From a virus: a stretch of DNA of 64,000 nt. Location of the stretch: IMG/VR virus record IMGVR_UViG_3300032070_000632, positions 1-64,000 of that record; one strand, written 5' to 3'. The notes under the pieces are model-generated. The model saw only the letters and a program-made list of their open reading frames with translations. It did not search any database and was not told where the DNA came from. This document shows positions 8,942 to 18,800 of the stretch, in pieces (position 1 is the first letter of the stretch; every line of letters starts with the position of its first letter). Both the position numbers and the translations under genes were made by a program.

Positions 8942-9345
8942 AAATAGACATTGGAAAATTAATTGACGAGTGGTCAATTTTAAAACTCAAGGTCGAACGG
9001 ATAGGAGATAAATACAGTCAGGAAAAAATAAAAGAATATGAGGAAGTAATTGTTACTTTAAAAGAGAAGCATCCTAATATTGACTGGGGTCAATTTCAGA
9101 GTATCCTTGTAAGTATAAATAGTTATATTTGGCAGTTAGAGGCCGGTCTAAAAGGCGAAAAAGAGCATCTGCCTAATCCAGACTATCTTTTTGACGAACA
9201 TAATAACAGTGTCTTGCGGAAATTCGGTCTGACGGTATTGATTATTCGTAATTTTAATAATTTGCGAGTGCAAATTAAGAATATAATCAATTCTTTAATC
9301 GGAGAGTCATATCAAGACATCCGAAAAGACCACTTAAATAATTAA
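8938..9345 (+). CDS. Hypothetical helical protein
   Basis: IGKLIDEWSILKLKVER...INSYIWQLE...NNLRVQIKNIIN. Confidence 0.6.
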   Translation: MKIDIGKLIDEWSILKLKVERIGDKYSQEKIKEYEEVIVTLKEKHPNIDWGQFQSILVSINSYIWQLEAGLKGEKEHLPNPDYLFDEHNNSVLRKFGLTVLIIRNFNNLRVQIKNIINSLIGESYQDIRKDHLNN

Positions 9346-9629
9346 ATATGAAAAATTCAACTAATTTTTTTATTCCTTTGACTATAATTATTGGAGTAAT
9401 ATGTATTATTGCCTTTGTTATTAAAGAGGAAATTAAAAAAAAATAAATAATTATAAACATATGACGAATTTTAATCCTACGGTCAAAGAATTTTTGGAAA
9501 AAAAACAAGATTTGACCTTGATTGGTTTATATTGGGCCGGTTATTGGCGATTCTTTGTCGCCGTTTGGGGAATTGTATTTTTAGTGACATTATTTTTTGC
9601 CATTATGGGCAAAATATTAAGTTAAAATT

Positions 9630-9812
9630 ATGAAAATGTTTAAAATTTTAGCAATGTTGTTTTTGATTGTGTTTTTATCCGGTTGCGTAAGCACTACTGA
9701 CTTTAAAAGAGCGAAAAAACAAGCAGACCAATGCGAAAAAGCCGGACTTGACTATGAAATATCAATCCAAAATGGATGTACCATTTATGGAATAGAATGT
9801 AAAGTAGAATAG
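9630..9812 (+). CDS. Small putative lipoprotein
   Basis: Signal peptide ending in LSGC lipobox. Confidence 0.6.
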   Translation: MKMFKILAMLFLIVFLSGCVSTTDFKRAKKQADQCEKAGLDYEISIQNGCTIYGIECKVE

Positions 9813-9896
9813 GAGAAAAATAGTGAACAAAAAAGCGAGAAAGACACGGAGAAAGGCGGGACGGACGAGATTTTATAACCGGAGGCATAGAAAAAA

Positions 9897-10262
9897 ATGA
9901 TTAATGCCATCGCCACCAGTTCTTTGCGGACGCCGGAAACGTTTGCTCGTTATGAAGAGTTTAAAAAACAGTTTCCGGCGAATGGGAAATGCCGTTTTTG
10001 CGGATTGCAATACGTCCACAAGTTTGGATTTTGGAAAATCTGCGAAAACGCATTTCCCTATGACGCCGTTTTCAGCGTCAGTCATTTGCTCATTCCCATC
10101 CGCCACGTCGAGCGGACCAGCGATATTTCCCTGGCGGAATTGTTTGAATTGAACGTCTTGCGTAATTCCTATCTGGAAGATAACTATCATTTAATCATGG
10201 AGAATTTAGGAAAACGCCGGTCAATCGACCACGTTCATTTTCATCTGCTGGTGTACAAATAG
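9897..10262 (+). CDS. HIT-family nucleotide hydrolase
   Basis: CRFC, NAFPYD, HLLIPIRH, SIDHVHFHLL. Confidence 0.8.
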   Translation: MINAIATSSLRTPETFARYEEFKKQFPANGKCRFCGLQYVHKFGFWKICENAFPYDAVFSVSHLLIPIRHVERTSDISLAELFELNVLRNSYLEDNYHLIMENLGKRRSIDHVHFHLLVYK

Positions 10263-10287
10263 GGAAATCGCTAAACGGTTTCCCTAT
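10260..10287. terminator. Intergenic hairpin
   Basis: TAGGGAAATCG-ctaaa-CGGTTTCCCTA. Confidence 0.5.
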
Positions 10288-10300
10288 ACTTTTAATAAAT

Positions 10301-10897
10301 ATGAACAAAATAATTTTATATCACGGCACTAATGAACGGTTATTGGCTAAAATTTTAAAATATGGCTTAAAACCAAGGGGAGAGAGAAAATCTAATTTTG
10401 ATGGGGCCATGGGAGAATCAAGGAATGATTTGGTTTATCTGACTAATTGTTATGCTCCTTATTATGCCGGATTATCATGCCTAAAAAAGAATGATGTCCC
10501 AGTAATTATTAAATTATCCATTGACCCAGACAAAACTAAGTTGTATTTAGATGAGGAATTTATTTTTAGACTAATAATCGGCGAGAAAAAGAATAGACAG
10601 CAAATAACAAATAAAGAAATTTCTAAAATTTATAAAAGCATTAATCCTAAAACAGCCGGAAAAAAATTTTGGAATAAAAAAGAAGAAAGAAATATCGATT
10701 GGCGTGATTCACTTAATTTTATGGGGACGGTAGCTTGCAGTTATGTTAGTAGAAAAGATTTAATCGGCGTGGCCAGGGAGAAAAGAAAATTAGAATTTGT
10801 CTTAAATTGCGACCCTTCGATTACTCCTATCAACTATGAAATTTGCGGTCCGCGATATAAAAAATATTTAGATAGTTTAAAATTTTTATCTATATGA
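10301..10897 (+). CDS. ADP-ribosyltransferase-fold (Tpt1/KptA-like) protein
   Basis: LYHGTN...ILKYGLKP...VYLT...YYA. Confidence 0.6.
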   Translation: MNKIILYHGTNERLLAKILKYGLKPRGERKSNFDGAMGESRNDLVYLTNCYAPYYAGLSCLKKNDVPVIIKLSIDPDKTKLYLDEEFIFRLIIGEKKNRQQITNKEISKIYKSINPKTAGKKFWNKKEERNIDWRDSLNFMGTVACSYVSRKDLIGVAREKRKLEFVLNCDPSITPINYEICGPRYKKYLDSLKFLSI

Positions 10898-11322
10898 AAA
10901 AGAAAATTATAGCCGTTTCCGGGTACTTTAATCCTTTACATAAAGGCCATATTGAAATGATTAACGAGGCCGCCAAACTAGGTGATGTTTTAGTTATTGT
11001 GAATAATGACCGGCAGGTTAAATTAAAAGGGAGCGTGCCCTTTATGGATGAAAATGAAAGGCGTTTTATAGTTGGCAGTTTGAAGAAAGTAAGATGGACG
11101 GTGATTTCTCTTGATGATGACCGCAGCGTTTGCCGGACGTTAGCCGCGATGAATCCTGATATTTTTGCCAACGGCGGAGATGTCACCGACAAAAATATTC
11201 CGGAAAAGAAAATTTGCAAACAACTGGGAATCAAATTACTTTTTGGCGTCGGCGGAGGGAAAGTACAGAGTTCATCGCAACTAATTGGAAATGCCATAAA
11301 ATACGATAAAAAGAAAAAATAA
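10894..11322 (+). CDS. Cytidylyltransferase-family nucleotidyltransferase (TagD/RfaE-like)
   Basis: SGYFNPLHKGH, VIVNND, FANGGD, KVQSSS. Confidence 0.9.
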   Translation: MKKKIIAVSGYFNPLHKGHIEMINEAAKLGDVLVIVNNDRQVKLKGSVPFMDENERRFIVGSLKKVRWTVISLDDDRSVCRTLAAMNPDIFANGGDVTDKNIPEKKICKQLGIKLLFGVGGGKVQSSSQLIGNAIKYDKKKK

Positions 11323-11326
11323 TCTT

Positions 11327-11833
11327 ATGCCCATTAGGAAAGTGCCAATAGAAAAAATAACTGAAATTTTGCGTCTGCGTTCGGAACAGAAGATGATATA
11401 CGATGATATTGGCATAAAGTTTGGCATCACTAGGGAACGGGTTAGGCAAATTTGTTGTGAACATGGATTGACTGAAAGATATTATATTCCTTGTGATAAA
11501 TGCGGCGAAGAAAATTCTCCTACCAGGATGTGCGGCAAGACAAGATTTTGCCGGCAATGCCGGAGAGAAAGACAAAAAAATTATTTTGATTTAAAGGCCG
11601 GCAAGAGATGGACGGTAAAATTTAAGCGTTGTTGCGTTTGCGGTCAGACTGAATATAAACATGCCCGTCATGGCATTTGCGTTCGTTGTTCACAAAAATA
11701 TTATTATAATCTGCCGAATAATGCTGAATATAGAAAAAAACGAGCCACATATTCTAAAAAGCATTATTTATTACACAAAGAAAGATGTTTAGAGACTATG
11801 CGGAAATATCGTTTGCGGAAAAAAATAGATTAA
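11327..11833 (+). CDS. Sigma70 region-4-like HTH plus Cys-rich DNA-binding protein
   Basis: YDDIGIKFGITRERVRQI; several CxxC. Confidence 0.7.
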   Translation: MPIRKVPIEKITEILRLRSEQKMIYDDIGIKFGITRERVRQICCEHGLTERYYIPCDKCGEENSPTRMCGKTRFCRQCRRERQKNYFDLKAGKRWTVKFKRCCVCGQTEYKHARHGICVRCSQKYYYNLPNNAEYRKKRATYSKKHYLLHKERCLETMRKYRLRKKID

Positions 11834-11844
11834 TTACATTAGAT

Positions 11845-12246
11845 ATGTATTTAAAAGCGTTAAAAATAGCCCATCGAGCGCATAAGAGTCAAACCAGAAA
11901 AGATAGTTGCGTGCCCTACATTGTCCACCCCATTAGAGTCAGCGGATATTTTAACGATGACCTTCGTAAAACTATCGCCATTCTGCATGATATTATTGAG
12001 GATACTGCCGTAACGTTAGGGGATTTGGCCAAAGTATTTCCTGATAATGTTGTGGTGGTAGTTGGCTTGCTGTCAAAGAAAAAAGAAGAAAAGTATTTTG
12101 ATTATATTAAAAAAATTGCTCTTCACGAAACGGCTACGGAAATAAAAATAGCGGATATTGTTGATAATTTATCAGATACCATTTCCATAATTTCTCCGTC
12201 AATGATAGACCGGTACGTAAAAGCGTTAAATATTTTAATTAAATAA
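11845..12246 (+). CDS. HD-domain (p)ppGpp hydrolase-like protein (small alarmone hydrolase/Mesh1)
   Basis: AHKSQTRK..PYIVHP, ILHDIIEDT, IKIADIVDN. Confidence 0.85.
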   Translation: MYLKALKIAHRAHKSQTRKDSCVPYIVHPIRVSGYFNDDLRKTIAILHDIIEDTAVTLGDLAKVFPDNVVVVVGLLSKKKEEKYFDYIKKIALHETATEIKIADIVDNLSDTISIISPSMIDRYVKALNILIK

Positions 12247-12247
12247 T

Positions 12248-12808
12248 ATGTTTATTTTCCCCCACAATTTAGTGGCCATTGATTTGGAGACGACTGACAT
12301 TGACCCAGTGAAAGGTTCAATCGTGCAGATTGGTGCCATTAAATTAAACAAACAATTTGAGATAGAAGACGAGTTTCAAACTTACATCATGCCACTGGAC
12401 GGTCATTTTTCTCCCGAGGCACAAAAGGTTAATAAAATTACCATTGAGCTGCTGAAAGAAAATAACGCTCCAGATTTGAATAATGCTTTAGGGAAGTTTG
12501 AATTATTCTGCCATGACTGCACGCATCTCGGTGCCTGGGCCGCCAATTTTGATATTACTTTTTTAGAGGAACAGTATAAAAAGATAAACCGCAAGTTTAT
12601 TTTTTCCCACCGGCAGTTTGACATGCGGCCGATAGCCATGTGGGAGATGGCAAAAATCGGTAAGTCGATAGCTTATCGAATTGATATGTTTTTACAATTA
12701 TTGGGCAAAAAATTTCAGGGCGGAAAGCATGATGCTTTAAATGACGTTCGCAACGCTATTTACATATTACAGAATTTTAGAGATAAATATTATGATACAA
12801 ATGAATAG
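12248..12808 (+). CDS. DEDDh 3'-5' exonuclease
   Basis: IDLETT, NFDITFL, HDALND. Confidence 0.9.
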   Translation: MFIFPHNLVAIDLETTDIDPVKGSIVQIGAIKLNKQFEIEDEFQTYIMPLDGHFSPEAQKVNKITIELLKENNAPDLNNALGKFELFCHDCTHLGAWAANFDITFLEEQYKKINRKFIFSHRQFDMRPIAMWEMAKIGKSIAYRIDMFLQLLGKKFQGGKHDALNDVRNAIYILQNFRDKYYDTNE

Positions 12809-13070
12809 ATTTGTCAATAATCAGGAATTTAAGATGTGCATGGCTTGCAAAGAATGGAAAGAAATTGATTGTTTTGACAAAGAGATGTATGAGTTTGGCG
12901 TCGGAGCCAGGCAATCGGATTTACGGATAAATTTAAGATGCAAGCAATGCAAGAGCGAACTACCCAAAAGAAGACTGCATTTTTGCGGATTCGTTATCAC
13001 TAAAAAAGACAGGGAAGAAAACAGAAAAAAGCAGACAGAATTTTTAAAATCTAAAATGGTAAAAATATGA
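12792..13070 (+). CDS. Zinc-finger hypothetical protein
   Basis: CMACKEWK...F...CKQC. Confidence 0.5.
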   Translation: MIQMNRFVNNQEFKMCMACKEWKEIDCFDKEMYEFGVGARQSDLRINLRCKQCKSELPKRRLHFCGFVITKKDREENRKKQTEFLKSKMVKI

Positions 13071-13576
13071 CGGAAATATTATCCATAATTTTGGCTTTCC
13101 TGTTAATCGGCGGCTCGTCTTTATTTAATGGACCGGCGGATATTGGGGGAATGACCAAACCGAAGTCATTGCCTAAGTCTTATGAAGTTAGCAACGCTAA
13201 AGATGTTGACGCCAATAAAATAATTGATTTAATAAACGAATACCGGACGGGAAAAGGATTAAATAAATTATCAAAAAACGATACGCTTAAATCCAGCAGT
13301 AAATTAAAGGTCGCTGACATGGACGCCAATGATTATTTTGGCCATTACAGCCCGAGCGGAGAAAAATGGTCGGTTAATTTTAAGAAAGCCGGTTATAAAT
13401 ATAAAACTTCGGGCGAAGTCCTGGCGATTGGTTATGCCACGCCGGCGGAGATAGTGATTGGCTGGGAAAATTCTCCATCCCATAACAATATTTTAATTTA
13501 TGCCAATTATAAAGAAATTAATTGTGCGAGCATTAAAACATTGGTGGCTTGCCATTTCGGCGAACCAACTGATTAA
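13067..13576 (+). CDS. CAP/SCP-domain secreted or anchored protein
   Basis: N-terminal TM; INEYR..GL..L, YFGHYSPSG, GEVLA, GWENSPSHNNI. Confidence 0.85.
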   Translation: MTEILSIILAFLLIGGSSLFNGPADIGGMTKPKSLPKSYEVSNAKDVDANKIIDLINEYRTGKGLNKLSKNDTLKSSSKLKVADMDANDYFGHYSPSGEKWSVNFKKAGYKYKTSGEVLAIGYATPAEIVIGWENSPSHNNILIYANYKEINCASIKTLVACHFGEPTD

Positions 13577-13580
13577 ACTT

Positions 13581-14009
13581 ATGCTAAACATATTTTTCAA
13601 CGTCAAAAAGAAAGAGGTAGAACCGAAGATATATTCCATTTTATATCGGATTGATTTTAACAACCGAAATTTTGTTCAAGCATTATGGACGGGCATCGCT
13701 TATTCTTTAGAGGAAGCGGCCGAGTATGCTTTGCAAACTACCAAAAAAGAAAATCCTAATATTCAAGCGATAAACCATACTGTTTTAGCTCATAACATCA
13801 TTACCTTGAAAGATTTGCACGCCATGTTATCCGCCGCGGGAGCGATGGAAGTTATTATGACCGAGGATAAAATTGAGATTGAACTGGATGATAAACAGAA
13901 ATTAATGAAAACCATAATCAGTAAAAAAGATTCCGAGATGTTAAAACAAAACCAGACTAAATTCTCTAAAGCGGAAGTGAAATATATTGAGGAAGAAATA
14001 AAAAAATAA
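13581..14009 (+). CDS. Hypothetical protein
   Basis: ORF in array. Confidence 0.55.
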   Translation: MLNIFFNVKKKEVEPKIYSILYRIDFNNRNFVQALWTGIAYSLEEAAEYALQTTKKENPNIQAINHTVLAHNIITLKDLHAMLSAAGAMEVIMTEDKIEIELDDKQKLMKTIISKKDSEMLKQNQTKFSKAEVKYIEEEIKK

Positions 14010-14020
14010 TAAATTATCGT

Positions 14021-14548
14021 ATGATGGAAATGACGGTTGAAGCGCCAATTTGGGGAGCTGGGTGTCCCAAGATGTTTGGCTGGCAACAACACGGTTTCGG
14101 CCGGTTGGGCGTGGGCGTGCGAGAAGATATTTTACGCCAGCATAGCCAGGTGAAGATTAATTTTAAACAAGGAAGCATTAAGGGAATATTGGTTGATTGC
14201 CAAACGGCTTTGAAATACGCCGAGACGTATAAATCTTTTCAATATCTTCGGGGCGGGATAAAAATAATCATTTTTCCGGTATTGGCGTTTCAAATTATTA
14301 AGGAAGAAAAACCAGAGATAGACGAATGGGACTTAAATTCAATTCGTTATCCGGAACTTGATTATAAGGAAGTTTATTCTTTGCGTTTATTTTTTAAAGG
14401 AAAAACCAAAGAAGAAATTATTGCCGTTGGAGAAAAAACAAAAGATGAGTGGTGGGATGCCTTTTTAGCTAAAAATTTTGAACGAGCCGATAAAATAGCC
14501 AAACGACTTAATTATTGGCGGAAACTTTATGAGGAAACATTTTGTTAA
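14021..14548 (+). CDS. Hypothetical protein
   Basis: ORF in array. Confidence 0.55.
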   Translation: MMEMTVEAPIWGAGCPKMFGWQQHGFGRLGVGVREDILRQHSQVKINFKQGSIKGILVDCQTALKYAETYKSFQYLRGGIKIIIFPVLAFQIIKEEKPEIDEWDLNSIRYPELDYKEVYSLRLFFKGKTKEEIIAVGEKTKDEWWDAFLAKNFERADKIAKRLNYWRKLYEETFC

Positions 14549-14590
14549 TTGACTTTTTTTCGTTTTTATTATAAATTAAATACAAGGAGT

Positions 14591-14878
14591 ATGTTTAAAT
14601 TTAAAGAACCAGTAAAAATAGAGGTCATGGTAACGCCTCGGCTGGGCAAAGATGCTTTAATTACCACCTCAGTATTTTCTGGAAAAAATGAAGGATTGAA
14701 TTTAGAAGCAATATTTTTCATTTTTCATTCACTGTACAAATCAATCTTGCACAATACTTTTATGAAGAGCAAGGATATAAATTTACAGCAATTTTGCGAA
14801 AAAATAAATGAAAAAATTGTCACGGAAGAAGTTAATGTGGAAACATTCAAAGAATTAAAAAAATTATTTACTACTTAA
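14591..14878 (+). CDS. Hypothetical protein
   Basis: ORF from ATG 14591. Confidence 0.5.
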   Translation: MFKFKEPVKIEVMVTPRLGKDALITTSVFSGKNEGLNLEAIFFIFHSLYKSILHNTFMKSKDINLQQFCEKINEKIVTEEVNVETFKELKKLFTT

Positions 14879-14885
14879 AAAAAAT

Positions 14886-15356
14886 ATGTATTTTCACAAA
14901 ACAACCAACAATCAATATCCGCAAGGATTTTATTTAAGCGACATTCGCCTGTTCGCCATTGGCATAAAACATTTTGCCGCTGGCGGTGGTCAGATTGACA
15001 TTCTTTATCGCCAGATAAATTGGAATGTTATTTTTTCCCTTCCATTATCCGCTCCCTCTCGGGAATCAGCGATAACTGTTTTGGCAAAAGTGCAACAGAC
15101 GTTATTCGGCGTATCGACCAAGAGCAGTGATGCGATGGTTGATATTTTAAAAAGTAAATTTTCCGAATCGGAAAAGAAAAAAATAGAGGAACCAAGAGAT
15201 GAAGATGAAGTTGAAACTCATGATTACAAGGAAGCAAAAATAAACGAGGAGGTTGAAAAGGAAATTTTAGATGATAACGGGGCATCGTCCGGAGAAGCGA
15301 CAATAGAGGCGGAAAAGAAAGAAGAAACGGAAGACGTCCAAACAGAAAAAGAATAA
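14886..15356 (+). CDS. Hypothetical protein with acidic C-terminus
   Basis: ORF; E/K-rich tail. Confidence 0.55.
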   Translation: MYFHKTTNNQYPQGFYLSDIRLFAIGIKHFAAGGGQIDILYRQINWNVIFSLPLSAPSRESAITVLAKVQQTLFGVSTKSSDAMVDILKSKFSESEKKKIEEPRDEDEVETHDYKEAKINEEVEKEILDDNGASSGEATIEAEKKEETEDVQTEKE

Positions 15357-15363
15357 AATAAAT

Positions 15364-15777
15364 ATGAAATTGCATAAGTTTCTTAAAGAAGAGACATTCT
15401 TGAAGTATCTTGATAAAAAATCAATTCATTTTTATCAAATTACTCCAAAACAAAGCAACTTATTAAAAAAGATAAGAAATTTTTTCTTGTCTTTTTTATT
15501 TGAAAATCATATTCAACTGCCAATCTTCACCAAAGAAGGCGGAGTTGATAAAAATGTTTTGTTGTATGATTGTTTTTTCAGCAATGTTTTTTTAAATTTA
15601 ATCGTTGCCAAAAAAGAAACTTGCTGGATTTTACTGGGAATGCCGCAAACGCACAATGAAAAAGTTTTTGCCGTAAAAATGAAAGCGGAAAGGAATGTTC
15701 AAAATAATACAGTACATTGGCATTTCATTCAGACGCCGATAATGAACAAAGATGAAGTTAAAATAAACAGCAGATAG
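15364..15777 (+). CDS. Hypothetical protein
   Basis: ORF upstream of terminase. Confidence 0.5.
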   Translation: MKLHKFLKEETFLKYLDKKSIHFYQITPKQSNLLKKIRNFFLSFLFENHIQLPIFTKEGGVDKNVLLYDCFFSNVFLNLIVAKKETCWILLGMPQTHNEKVFAVKMKAERNVQNNTVHWHFIQTPIMNKDEVKINSR

Positions 15778-15800
15778 AAATTAATCGCTGATATTTTTAT

Positions 15801-15836
15801 GAACTGCCGGACAGTCTGTTGTGGCTGTCTTTTTTT
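15801..15836 (+). promoter_or_regulatory. Leader motif GAACTGC-NN-GACAGTC with hairpin and T tract, copy 1
   Basis: GAACTGCcgGACAGTC-tgttgt-GGCTGTC-TTTTTTT just before the terL ATG. Confidence 0.55.
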
Positions 15837-15844
15837 AAAAAAAT

Positions 15845-18800
15845 ATGCCACGACCAAGAAAAAACATAAAGCCAAAGTATAAGACGATTGAAAGCCGAGC
15901 GGTTATTTATCCGCCTTTCTCTAAAATAAAAGACTTGACCGAGAAGCAAAAAAATCGTTTGAATTTTTTGCGTCAATACGGCCAGTTTTTTGATGAGCCG
16001 CCGGTAACGATTGGCGAATTTATCAATTCTCCGGATTATCTTAATTTGGAAGGAGTTTGCCGCCAGCGTATCCGCAGGGAATTAATAAATATCTTCGGTG
16101 ATGAAGTTGACCCTTACAGTTTATCAAAAAATTTGTATGCTTTAATCACGGGCGGAATCGGGTTGGGAAAATGCCATAAAAAAGGCACGCAAATTTTAAT
16201 GTATGATGGTTCTCTTAAAAAAGTGGAAGACATTAAAATCGGCGATTTATTAATGGGAGATGATGGCGATTATCGCACTGTTTTAAATTTAAGTAGGGGC
16301 AAGGAAATGATGTATTGGGTAAGACAAAAAAAGGGTATGGATTATTGCGTTAATGAATCGCATATTTTAAGTTTAAAAAAACATAATGGAGATATTGTTG
16401 ATATAGATATAAAAACATACCTGTCTTTGAATAATAGAGAAAAATTACATGGGTGGAAATCAATTTTATCCGATAAAAAAATAATTTTTACTGATATAAA
16501 ATTAGAAAAAGACTGTGTTGATAAGTATTATGGATTTGAATTAGATAAAAACCATAGATATTTATTAAAAGATTTCACTGTTTGCCATAACAGTTTTGCT
16601 GGTGGCATTATATTCTCATATTTGGTTTATCGTTTGCTTTGTATAAAAAATCCTCAAGCATTTTACGGTTTTGCTCCCAATACCCGCCTTTCTTTCATGA
16701 ATATGTGTCTTGATGGTGACGAAGAAGTTTATTTATCAGACGGTAGTAGGTTGAAAATGAAAGATATTGATTTATTAAAAAATAAAAATGTTTTATCAAT
16801 ATCTAATATTGATAAATACAATAAGAATAATGCCGTTATTGATGTTAAAAAAATAAAAAAATCTGTATATACCGGATATAAAAAGGCATATAAATTATCT
16901 CTAAAAAACGGCACTTCTATAATTGCCACAAATAATCATCCCTTTTTTGTAAAAAATAAAGGCTGGACCGCATTAAGCGATTTAATTATTGGCGAAGATG
17001 AATTAATGACCGTTAATTTTTTACCAATTAATGGCAAAAAAGAAATACCAGAAAATGAAGTAAAGATATTAGCCTATTTAATTGGCAACGGTTGTACTAA
17101 AAATCCATCCGTTTCATTTAGTTCAAGCAATAAAAAAGTGTTGAAGGAGTATGAGGAAGCGTGCTTATTATATCCAGATATAAAACACGTCAGAAAAGTA
17201 TTAAAAAAGAATAAAAAAACTTTTGAACTTATCACGGCAATAAAAAAGATGGGAAATAGATTTATAAAGAGAGAAAATCCGATAAAAACTCTTTGTATTA
17301 AATATGGTTTATATGGCAAAACGGCATTAAAGAAAAGAATACCAGCAAAAATATTTCAATTAAATGACAATTTATTAAAAATATTTATTTCTCGGTTATG
17401 GGCTACTGATGGATGTATTTATGCTCGTGATAATGAAAGTTGTTGTTTAGTGTATTCTACATCATCTCCGGAACTGGCATTAGACGTTAAAAATATAATG
17501 ATGTATTTTAACATACCAATGAGAATATTAGAAAGAAGAACTGATTATGGATTTACTAAAGGAAAAAAAACAAACAAAGGATACCAAGTATATTGCGGGG
17601 AACAATGGGCGATAAAAAAATTTATTGAAGAAATAGGAATTTTTGGCAGAGAAGAAAAATGTCAAAAATTTCTTAAAATGATTAAGATTAAAAAAGAATA
17701 TAAAAATAAAAAAATTACTTATAGCGGAATTAAATCAATAAAATTTATTGGAAAAAGGAAGGTATATGATGTTGAAGTAGAAGATACTCATAATTTTATT
17801 GTTAATGGCATTGTTTGCCATAATTCAACTAGCAAGAATAATGCCATGGACGTACTTTTCGGAGAAGTGAAAGCCCGCATTGAAACATCGCCCTGGTTTA
17901 TGAAAGGCAAATATTTGCCTGACCCAAGATTCACTAACATTTTAAAATTTCCTAAAAATGTTTTCGTTATTCCTGGCGACTCTTCGGAAACTACTTTTGA
18001 AGGTTATAATATTATTGGCGGAATCCTCGATGAAGCCGATTCGCATAAAATTACTTCTCGCAAAGATTACGCCGACCAGGGATTTGATACCATTAAAATT
18101 CGCGTTACCTCCCGTTCCAATCCTAAATTTGGCCACATTGGTTTTTTATTGGTAATCGGTTCAAAGAAAAAACAAAAAGGATTTATCGCCAGAAAGTACG
18201 AGGAGTTTAAAAATATGCCGGATGCTTATGCCGTGCATTTGCCGATTTGGGAAGCCAGGGATAAATCAGATTTTACCAGAAAGAAAAATTTTTATTTTAA
18301 CGTCTTAACTAAAGAACCATGCGAATTTAGAGATTGGAACAGCGGAAACAATCCGATTGTTTTAAAGATACCGATTGAATACGGCCATGATTTTCTTACC
18401 AATCCAGACAAAGCCCTGCGTGACTTGGCCGGTTATCCGCCATATGCCAGACAGCCATTTTTTTCCTTAGTGGAAAAAATACAAACCATTGGTTCTTCCG
18501 GCGTAATACAGAATCCGGTCAAACAAGCCGTATCCACGGAAATTGTCTTTCATAACTGGTTTATTGGCGGAAATCATAAATATTATGTTCATTTCGATTT
18601 AGGTTTGAATAAAGATGGCGGAGATTTCTGCGGCATGGCAATGGGGCATTTGGCTGATTATCAAAAAGTTGATAATGAAATGAAACCAATCGTGCATATG
18701 GATTTGATGTTGCGGATTGAAGCTTCGCCCGCCGGAGAAATAATTATTTCTCAGTTGCGAAGGGTAATTTATGATTTAAAAGACAATCATGGATTCAATA

